This document shows positions 11,901-20,900 of a stretch of DNA of 64,000 nucleotides, piece by piece (the stretch's first letter is position 1; each line of letters begins with the position of its first letter). Source of the stretch: Histomonas meleagridis 2922-C6/04-290x (lineage: Eukaryota; Protista; Parabasalia). The DNA lies in NCBI GenBank assembly GCA_020184695.1, contig JAANOX010000243.1, positions 62,001 to 126,000 on the forward strand, in the 5' to 3' direction. Under the pieces are notes generated by a model. It saw only the letters and a list, made by a program, of their open reading frames with translations. It had not been told where the DNA came from and did no database searches. Both the position numbers and the translations under genes were made by a program.

Positions 11901-14900
11901 GAATCATTTTATATACAAATAAATGGTTTAGAAGATGTACGTATTAATATTACTATAAATTCTTTATTTAATTTTGCTGTTTTATCTTTACCTCGAAATT
12001 TAACTGATCCTTCAGCTATAATTTTATCTAAAGAGAAATATAAACATAAAAAATTAAATGTTATTGAAGAGGAAGAAGAAGAAATAAATGAAATTGAATT
12101 TGATAATAATGAACAATTATTTAATATAGAAAGAAAAGTTTTATGTGATTATATTAAATCTAAAAAGAATATAACTTCAACTTATTCATTACAAAAAGTA
12201 AATGTATTATATACTGCTGAATATTTAATCGATTTTGGTGATTTATTTTTAAGTGAAGAACAAACAAAAGTATTTACTATTAAAAATCAAGCTCCATTTC
12301 AATTTTCATGTGATTTTAATATAATAAATATTAAAAACACCGGATTTAAATTAACTCCAATATCAATTAAAGATATTCAACCAAATTCAACTGTTGATAT
12401 TGAGTTAAGTTTTATTCCATCATTAAAAAGTATTAAAGAAGATAATAATAATGTATATTATGATATACCAATTACATTTTCAGATGGACATTTAATATTA
12501 TTAAAAATTCATGCGAATTTAAAGCAACCACAATTAACTATTTCTAATTTATCAACAAATTTTGGAGAAGTTACAATAGGACAAACTAAAGTTATAGCAA
12601 TACAATTACAAAATATGAGTGATATTAAATGTGAATTTAAATTTGGTGAATTAGAACGATTAAATAAATCATTAAAAAATAATAACATTAATACAATATT
12701 TAGTGTATCACCAGAATCAGGTATATTATTACCTTCATCTTTTATGAACATTTTAATACATTTTAAACCTCAACATCCAAAACATTATAAAATGCAATTT
12801 CCTTTATATTTAAAATATGGTTATGAACCATTATATATTAAAGTATTTGGTGTTGGCGTACAATTACAAATAACATTCGAACCAAACATAATTCATATGC
12901 CTTTAATTCAACCATTTTCTTCACAACCATCGATTTATAATGTTATTGTAACAAATCCTACAAATTATCCAATCGAGTTTTATTCATTACAATTCGATGA
13001 ACAATTAAATAATGAACTAAATAATGATCCACGAAATAATGAATCACCATTTGTTACTTATACACCTAAAGCTAAAGCTCCTTCAAATGTTATAAATAAA
13101 TTTGGTTTATGTATATTAATTAGTGGTTCACCTTTAAGTGGTAAAACAATTTTAGCTAATAAATTATCAAAAATATTAAATTTACCAATAATTAATTTAA
13201 ATGAAATTTGGAAAAGTTTTAATGATTACGTAAATAAATTAATTGAAGTTATATCAAACGATGAATATAGAAATGGTTTTATTGTCGATGATTTATATTT
13301 CGAAACTGATAATAATGATAAAGATAATGAATCATTTTTAAATCAATTTAATAAAAATAAGAATTTATATGAAGATATTAAACAATTTCCTCCAATTGTT
13401 ATACAACATTTACATCCATCTATATATGAAAAAGCATTAAATTATTTATTGGCGTCACTTGATGGACATTATATATTTCATATTTCATTAAAAATTCCTT
13501 ATGAAAAAAGTTTGGAACGATTTGAAATGTCACAAAGTAAAAAGAAAAATATTTTAAGAGCTCAATTACATCATGAAAAAGAGAAATTGTTTAATATGTC
13601 TGAAGAAGAATATTTAAAGTTAAATGATGAAGAACGTGAAAAAGTTGACGAGAAAAGAAGAAAATATCGGAAAAAATTACTAGAAAAACAATTACCTAAT
13701 GAAGAAGAAAATAATAAAAATAAAACAACAAAAATTAAAACTAAAACTAAAGTAAAAGTTAATGAAAAACGTAAAATTTCTAAAATAATTGATCCATTAC
13801 AACAAAAATCATTAATTTATTCAATATCGTTAGGTTCATTACTTGAAAAACTTCAAACTTCAACTGAAAGATTTCATATAATTGATCCTAAAACACTTCA
13901 AAACATTAATTTAGAATCCGAAACAATCCAAACCACAATTTTTATAAATGGCGAATTAACAATTGATGAAATATTAAAAGAAGTTTTGATATTTATACCT
14001 AAATTAAATTTATTAAAAGAATCAGCTTATAAAACTCGAATTCCTGAATCATATATTTATGATAATAATGAACAGCAATATCAATTATCAAATAAAATTC
14101 CAAAATATCTTAAAATCATTTCAAATAATATTAATGATTATTCTTATTTAACTCATCGATGGAAACTTAAACCTAATTCACAAACGTATATAAAAATACA
14201 ATTTTTACCAATTTTACCTTTAAATAATATTGATGAATTAACATTTGTTATTGTACATAGTTCATTACCTCCGACAACATTAAAAGTATATACTGAATCA
14301 ACTTATCCTGATATCGATCGAAATATTAAAACGATTTTTACTTCAATCAAACGAAAATTTAATCCTAAAAATCCCGAAATTTCATATATAACAAACACAA
14401 AAGAATTAAACTTTGGATATTGTATCATATGTAAAGAAAAGAATTCAAAGTCACCAATGGAATATAAAACAATTATCACGTTAATCAATCCATCGAAATA
14501 TTTAAATGTTGAAATAACACCAAATTTAATAACAGAAAATAATAATTGTAAAAACTTTTGGGGTATTGATCAATCAACAATAACAATTCAACCTGAAAAG
14601 AAATCAGAATTAATCATTGGTTATCATCCTACTTCTATAGGTATTCATCAAGCAACACTTGTTTTGTTAATTAAGGATAATCCTGATCCATTATTTATTA
14701 ACTTAATTGGAGAATCAGTAATTCCTACGTTAACATTATCAAGTTTAATAATTGATTTTGGACGTATATTATTAAATACTGAAAAAATCAAAAAATTCGA
14801 GTTACAAAATCAAGGCAAAATTCCTGTTTATTGGTCATTAAAGAATATAAATTCATTTAATCATATTATAACATTTGATAAAACTGAAGGTATAATTCAA

Positions 14901-17777
14901 CCAAATGAATCGACATTAATAATATTAAAATATTTTTCGAAAAAGTCACAAATATTAAAGAAATCATTTCAAATCGAAATATATAATCAAAATAAAACGC
15001 ATTTATTTAAAACAGAACAAATTCAAGTTTCCGCCGAATCATTTGATGTTAATTTCGATATTATAACACCTAAAACAGGATTTGATCCAATGAATTTCGG
15101 TATATTTAAATTAGGACAATCGAAAATACTTCAATTACAACTTAAAAACAAAGGTAAATATCCAATACAATTTAAGTTTTTCATTACGGAGAAATCAATA
15201 CAAAAATATTTAACGATTACACCTAATGAAGGATTATGTAATCCAAATGAAAAAAATATTATTGTCGAAGTGAAATTTACTGCTTCTTCAATAGTATCCT
15301 TTAAGAATCAAAAAGGAATACAAATAAAAATCATTGACACACAAACAAATTCTATTGTAACAACACAAAAATTTACATTTTCCGCAGAAACTAATTTTAA
15401 TGATTATACAATTTCTTGTGGTAAAAAAATCGATTTCGGTACATGTCAAACTTCTTTAACACAACGAAAAGAAATTACTATTACGAATACAGGACCATTT
15501 CCATTTGAATATGAAATTATACCAAAACATATTCATATTGAAGAACCAACACAAAACAATTTCAAGAAAAACAAAAAGAATTTGATCAAATTTAATAAAA
15601 AGAATAATAAAAAAGAAATTAATGTACAAAAACAAAGAAATTCATCTAAATCGAATACAACTTATTTGATTTTAGATAAATTTGTTATTAAACCAATTTC
15701 TAATGTTATTCAACCATCGAATTCACAACAAATATTTATTGAGTTTTTATCAAATGAATCTGGTAAATATACGCAATCATTCCAATTAAATGTACCTGAT
15801 TTAGATCCAAATCAACCAAAAAATAATATCATTAAATTATTAGCGAAAGTTTTTGCTCCCGAATTATCTATGAAAGATCACACGAAAATATTTCCACAAT
15901 TACCTTTATGTATTCGAAGTGATATTCTTAAAAATGATATAACTTCATTTATTGAAGATGATAATATATTACATTTTAAACCTTCGTTAATTAATACAAA
16001 ACAATCAATACCGTTTGTATTAATAAATACACAACCTGTTGATTGTAACTTAGATATAAATATAAAATCGAAAAATAAAAATATTCCATTCGAATTAATA
16101 CCGAATAAAAATTTAATTGTTCCAGCAAATGGTCAATTAAATACTGAAATTAATTTTGTTCCAATCGTTTGTGATAAATATAATGCACAATTAGAATTAC
16201 AAGTTAAATCTTCATCAAATTTAACTTATACATTTGGATTAGAAGGTATTGGCGCAATTCCTTCTGTTACAAACATAACAAAATTTGGTAATAATATAAA
16301 CTATGGTAAAACTTTAATTGGGTATGAAAAACAAAAAATTATTTCTTTGAAAAATGATTCTCCTATACCTGCAATAGTTACTTTAAATTATGATCAAAAC
16401 GATGATTTCGAAGTAGTTGGCTTGATATCAAATAAAATTGTTATAGAAGCAAATCATCAGTTTACATTTATCGTCATACATAAACCTCAGGAAATTCGGA
16501 AGTCGCAAATTGAATTGAATTTGACGGTTAAGGATAACCCCAAAAATCAAATTCAAATAAATTGTATCGGCGAAGGATTTAGTGAAGAATTAATATTTGA
16601 TGGTTTAGATGGAGATGATTTTGATATTCATTTACCTGATACTATAGTAGGTAAAAGTACCACGAAAACATTTATAATGAAAAATGTTTGTAGTAAAACA
16701 ATTCGTTTTAATTGGATTTCGCCAACGGAAATACAATTTTCACCAAAATTAGGTCATATTCATCGGAATCAGACAAAAGAAATCACAGTTACATTTAATT
16801 CTGATAAGCCAACAAAGTATTCAGGTGTAAAAGTCACATGTCAATTCATTAAAATTAATTTGGTAAATACTGAAAATGTAGATTGGGACGATACAATGAA
16901 AGTTGTTCGATTTGTACAAAAATCAGAAGTATCGAAAGATAGAAAGAATGCTGACCAAATTATTAAAGCGATATCAATTGTTCCTGAACCTGTTTATACG
17001 AATTTAATGAACAAGCCAAAAGAACTTTTTCTGAAAGTTTACGTCGTATCGGACGACATAAAGTATTCAATTAGCTGTAAGGAAATTTCATTTGCTCCAA
17101 CAATGATGTATCAAACTAGAACATCTTCATTTAAGCTTACTAACAATAGTCAAATTCGATTTATGTATCAATGGAAATTAAAAGAGTTTAAATCATTAAG
17201 AACTGATTATGCTAATACTCAACCGCCAGTTTTTACAATAGAGCCTAATACTGGTTTTATTGAAGCAGGCCAAAGTACATTTTTCCAAGCAAAGTTTTCA
17301 CCTTTAGAAGTCGATGATTTCATTGGTGAATTCCAATGTATAATTCCTTATTTACAAAGCAAACCGCCACTTTTACAATTAAACGGTATCTCGCGGCGAC
17401 CGTTATGCCACTTCAACATAAAAGTGTCAGATTATTTAAAGAGAAGGAGAACCGACTTAAATTATAAATTACCTGATGATGTAAAAGTGATAGAAATATT
17501 TGCAAAAGCTATTGATAATAAAATCATTAAGAAAATCGAAATTATTAATCCAACTGCATCACCATATGATGTAAATTGGAATTTATTAAATGATAATTCT
17601 GATAATACAATTGATGTTATTAACCCTTCTGCTCTTTTAATGAGTGGGAAACATTTCTTTTTCATGATATCATTCAAACCACAAACACAAAAAACTGTTG
17701 AATCATTATGGGAATTTAATATACCAGAACATAATATTAAAATTCCATTTCTTTTTGTTGGAAGATTAATTCATTAA
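8994..17777 (+). CDS. HYDIN: HYDIN-like central-pair protein (tandem ASH/Ig-like domains plus an adenylate-kinase-like P-loop region)
   Basis: 2927-aa ORF; many xDFGxV/I...xLxN...F.I.P..G.I.P repeats; ISGSPLSGKT P-loop followed by a charged coil; Inr TCACA upstream. Confidence 0.8.
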   Translation: MNGVIVTPTFVIFPQTYIDSVARFSVQIENQSDEIKKISFHSSNNDDDIDIDQNNINIDQRDQAVKDTKFQNENFSIEPHHLELYPHSSQQVSIQFHPTVAIKYEVIAYVQINDFSMRLPILISGQGLPPVAYFVNDTIAIGHVNLNFIQEYGIEFKNSGNVVVDYEMEDHDSSVQIDISPKKGSIPIGQSIKLNVKLIANVVGSFNETYVFKIRGATTDFPQLHLYGKVIGPTFLVNPPKINFGNISYGFLHKQTFEIENKSEISFDYRLRFSHNGTFERREFQINPETGTVKEFSKTEISIEFIPITVGEYSLGLFLDILVGKSGNNIQEIPIKATCFCATFKLKSEILDFGNVFIGYKNTKTIQIQNISDYPGKFEFISPDKNTQQYGIIEINKESGIIPANNTKNLEITFTGVYIGQITIDCYFRIFGSEEAPLKLTINANCIGPKINISPSNINFGNIDMSLTHEKSLTITNNSLIPASFKSFFDPNIDVFKVEPTNGKIEPNQSLKLLIIADLNDISKFVTKLMLQFEHLNPIAIPIKANGTGSPISSSTDMELFDFGDVLIDIKSEKVFCLTNKSNKNYEVRWWISKSKKENLNFTCYITPDYVIIPPFRSQNFIITIESSIIQQIQTQFQCSVTFNKNRIEPFSPIIKANFVQPIISFNPTYLEYKIIFNDKDDNRTKISPILNKSITKSFEIKNKSKLPLTVDIDCPNPFNANKKRISLNPDQIENVEVTFDTIFKNNFITEIINQKLFLTIVNFPQKFYINLKGILMFPNISFSTEPFIDFGINMINSEQERKITLTNEFNDIIYYEWELTSNNPLSYQVFDIFPLRGFIEEGKSIDSHFGFFGLSNLEGKTQEFEAIAICHVKSGPDYQVKLKGSSATITYKIEPLQIKIENVNFVEEINKSIFLTNTSKVKLKFLVKIPKRNHFSIFTSSPKDGIIEPNESQEIVLSIVTGIPQQFQESFYIQINGLEDVRINITINSLFNFAVLSLPRNLTDPSAIILSKEKYKHKKLNVIEEEEEEINEIEFDNNEQLFNIERKVLCDYIKSKKNITSTYSLQKVNVLYTAEYLIDFGDLFLSEEQTKVFTIKNQAPFQFSCDFNIINIKNTGFKLTPISIKDIQPNSTVDIELSFIPSLKSIKEDNNNVYYDIPITFSDGHLILLKIHANLKQPQLTISNLSTNFGEVTIGQTKVIAIQLQNMSDIKCEFKFGELERLNKSLKNNNINTIFSVSPESGILLPSSFMNILIHFKPQHPKHYKMQFPLYLKYGYEPLYIKVFGVGVQLQITFEPNIIHMPLIQPFSSQPSIYNVIVTNPTNYPIEFYSLQFDEQLNNELNNDPRNNESPFVTYTPKAKAPSNVINKFGLCILISGSPLSGKTILANKLSKILNLPIINLNEIWKSFNDYVNKLIEVISNDEYRNGFIVDDLYFETDNNDKDNESFLNQFNKNKNLYEDIKQFPPIVIQHLHPSIYEKALNYLLASLDGHYIFHISLKIPYEKSLERFEMSQSKKKNILRAQLHHEKEKLFNMSEEEYLKLNDEEREKVDEKRRKYRKKLLEKQLPNEEENNKNKTTKIKTKTKVKVNEKRKISKIIDPLQQKSLIYSISLGSLLEKLQTSTERFHIIDPKTLQNINLESETIQTTIFINGELTIDEILKEVLIFIPKLNLLKESAYKTRIPESYIYDNNEQQYQLSNKIPKYLKIISNNINDYSYLTHRWKLKPNSQTYIKIQFLPILPLNNIDELTFVIVHSSLPPTTLKVYTESTYPDIDRNIKTIFTSIKRKFNPKNPEISYITNTKELNFGYCIICKEKNSKSPMEYKTIITLINPSKYLNVEITPNLITENNNCKNFWGIDQSTITIQPEKKSELIIGYHPTSIGIHQATLVLLIKDNPDPLFINLIGESVIPTLTLSSLIIDFGRILLNTEKIKKFELQNQGKIPVYWSLKNINSFNHIITFDKTEGIIQPNESTLIILKYFSKKSQILKKSFQIEIYNQNKTHLFKTEQIQVSAESFDVNFDIITPKTGFDPMNFGIFKLGQSKILQLQLKNKGKYPIQFKFFITEKSIQKYLTITPNEGLCNPNEKNIIVEVKFTASSIVSFKNQKGIQIKIIDTQTNSIVTTQKFTFSAETNFNDYTISCGKKIDFGTCQTSLTQRKEITITNTGPFPFEYEIIPKHIHIEEPTQNNFKKNKKNLIKFNKKNNKKEINVQKQRNSSKSNTTYLILDKFVIKPISNVIQPSNSQQIFIEFLSNESGKYTQSFQLNVPDLDPNQPKNNIIKLLAKVFAPELSMKDHTKIFPQLPLCIRSDILKNDITSFIEDDNILHFKPSLINTKQSIPFVLINTQPVDCNLDINIKSKNKNIPFELIPNKNLIVPANGQLNTEINFVPIVCDKYNAQLELQVKSSSNLTYTFGLEGIGAIPSVTNITKFGNNINYGKTLIGYEKQKIISLKNDSPIPAIVTLNYDQNDDFEVVGLISNKIVIEANHQFTFIVIHKPQEIRKSQIELNLTVKDNPKNQIQINCIGEGFSEELIFDGLDGDDFDIHLPDTIVGKSTTKTFIMKNVCSKTIRFNWISPTEIQFSPKLGHIHRNQTKEITVTFNSDKPTKYSGVKVTCQFIKINLVNTENVDWDDTMKVVRFVQKSEVSKDRKNADQIIKAISIVPEPVYTNLMNKPKELFLKVYVVSDDIKYSISCKEISFAPTMMYQTRTSSFKLTNNSQIRFMYQWKLKEFKSLRTDYANTQPPVFTIEPNTGFIEAGQSTFFQAKFSPLEVDDFIGEFQCIIPYLQSKPPLLQLNGISRRPLCHFNIKVSDYLKRRRTDLNYKLPDDVKVIEIFAKAIDNKIIKKIEIINPTASPYDVNWNLLNDNSDNTIDVINPSALLMSGKHFFFMISFKPQTQKTVESLWEFNIPEHNIKIPFLFVGRLIH

Positions 17778-17945
17778 TAGAATTTTTGTTAATAAATTTT
17801 CGAATTTTTAATTTTTGATATTTTTTATATATAATTTTTAAAAACTATTAAAAATTTCATATGTATTAATCATCTCTTTCGAAATATTCATTAAAACACA
17901 ATCATTTTCTGCGCACAACTTTTATTTTCGATCACTTTTTGATAA

Positions 17946-20900
17946 ATGAGTGGAGGTAACAAGAGCTTTCCAAAAGAAGATGACTTCATTACAGACAGCA
18001 CGGAAAAGCTCATTGAATGTATTAAAAAACTCCGCGAGAAAAATATTGAGCCTATTTTAAAAATGAAATTAAATAAAATTCCATCTGATACAATGGATTT
18101 TATTTATAACCATTTGCCAAAAATTTTTAGGCTATCACTTACATCAGAACATCATTCTAGATCATTAATTACAGAAAGTAAGATTTTTGTTACTAAAATT
18201 TGTCAACTAATAGTCCATGTAAATTTACCGCCAAATTTAATCAAAAGCATAATTATTGTTTTAGGGAAAAGTTCACCACCAGATATATTTAAAATAGAAG
18301 AATTTAAAAATCCACAAGTTAAAAAACTATTAGATTTCTCAAAAGAGATTAATGTCCTTAAACCAGATAGAGCACAAACAACAGCAATAAAAACAGCTCT
18401 AGCACAAGCTATTGTTACATCAGGAATCTTTCAACATGCAAAAAAAATGTTTGATCAAAATAATTTAACTATAAATCAAATTTTACCTATCATAAATCTA
18501 TTTAATTATCTTGAACCAATTCTTAAGAAGGATTATGTTAGTATATTTTTACCATATTTAATTGAATTTTCAATTTTTATCCTTAAATCAGAATTTAACT
18601 CAGAGTTATCTGAAATTTGTAAGTTCTTTTCAACATATACAGTTATGATACCAAAAAAGTTAGATGAGATTTTAACAATATTTTCAAATTTAGCTACTGC
18701 CGAATTACCAGTTCAAACACGTTATGTCATTATATCTTCGCTTATTAAAATTGTTCAAACTGCAGGTGTAGGTGATTCATCTGAGATTGTCAAAAAATCA
18801 TTAATTCAATCAACAGCTAATTCCTCACATTTATCTATCTTAAAACAAATATTTTCATTTTTACCAACGCTTTCATCTAAGATGAAGGTTGACTTTTCTG
18901 ATGAAGATTTAATACATTTATTAATATGTTCTAATACAAATGATAGTTTAAAATATGAATGTTTAATAGAAATTATCTCAAGTTTTACTCGACCACTTGA
19001 TGAATTTGCTCAAGTAATTCTTCAAAATGAAGAATTATCGCCAAGTTTTTTATGTGAATTAATTGGTCATGTCGAAAGTGAAGAAGTTTCTCATCAATTA
19101 TTTCATAAGTTAATTCAAACGTCAAGAAAATTCAATACTTTACAAATACAAATGAACGACCGTTTAAACGAATTAATTAAAGAAGCAATGAAGACAAATA
19201 ATGATTTTGAAACCATATATTCGTTATCATTTTTCTTTTTAAACATACCTACATTAGATTCCATCAATAAATTTTCCAAACAATTAATTCAATTAAGTGA
19301 ATCGCATCCTGAATTATTAGAAATTCTTGATAAATTTACACCAATTTTACCTAAATTTAAGTCAGAGAAGATGGTAATTAATTTATTTAATCGTGTATTT
19401 GAAAATTTTATCAATGGTATCACTAATGAATATTCCGAATCATTATTTAACATATTGTCTAATTGGATTGATAATAGTCCCAAAGTTCATTCTGAAATAT
19501 TGTTGCAAAAATTAATTGAAATTGACTTTTCTAATTGTCCTAAATCATTACCATTATTAATATCACGTATTTTATCTAAATGTAACATCTCCAAAAAAGA
19601 TAAAATTATTGAGTTCTTATTTAAAGTATTAAATGATACATTACCGCCGATATTTTCGAGATGGTTTATCGAGTTATTATTTTCATTTATTCATGATAAT
19701 GAAGAAGATGTTTATAAATCGATGGAAATCATATTAAGTAAAATGACTGATGAAACTAAATCATTAAATGCAATTTATTTATTATTTAGTGCAGTGATAT
19801 ATGAAGTTGATTTTTATCGAATTGGTGAAAGTTTTGGATTTACACAACAAATGATTATAAACAAAGAAATTAATTGTAACATAACATTACATCAATTTCA
19901 TTCTACAAAACGAATCTATGCCGAAGTCTCAAAATTATTAGATCTTAAAATACAAGACTTTAATTTAATCATCACAGATATCTCAGAAGATAAACCTTTG
20001 CTTTATAATATGCCATTACAAATCATCAATGAAATCATCGGCACAAATGACATAAAAATAACCGTCGAAACAGAATCGGATGAAATTCTTCATGAAGACA
20101 CAAATGAAATTATACCAATTTTCATGAACTCATTAGAAAATAAGATTGATTTCCTGTTCAATTTCTTAGGAGAAAATGGAACCGAAAATGAAATCAATGA
20201 AATCTTATTTCAAATTCTTTTATTATATACAAATGTTTTGAGTACAGAACAAAACAAATTAAACATAAGAAATGACTTACAACGAATTTTATTTAATGAA
20301 TGTGAAACACCTGAAATTTTTGGTGATTCAATTCGTATATTTCCTTATGCATTAAATGTTAGTAACCATGAAAACATTAACATCGAAAACATATTAAACA
20401 TAATAATATCACATTATTATGATCCAGTTAGTTTATCCATTATATGTAATTATATTAATCGAAATGAATTCCAACGAAATAATTTACCGAAAGAATTAAT
20501 CGAAAATTGTTTAATTCATTATCCAAGTCGAATCTTTCGGAAAACGTTTCAAAAATTCATTGAAGTTAATGAATATAATGAACGAATATTAATATCATTA
20601 ATTGATATCACAACACAAAAAGAAAATCGATCTAAAAGTAAATCGTTTTATGAGTTAATAATGAAATTTAATATTAACAAAGAAATATTTATACCATTTT
20701 ATCTCGAATTAAAACAATTCGAACAAACACATTATTCAGATATCGATGAAACATTTATAGGTTTAATAACATTAATACCTAAAACAGAAGAATTAATTGA
20801 TTTAACTATACAAAGATTATTCTCACCACCAACATGTGATAATCTTCAAGTTCCATTTATCCATACAATTGAATCATGGAATTCAGCATTAAATTATATT

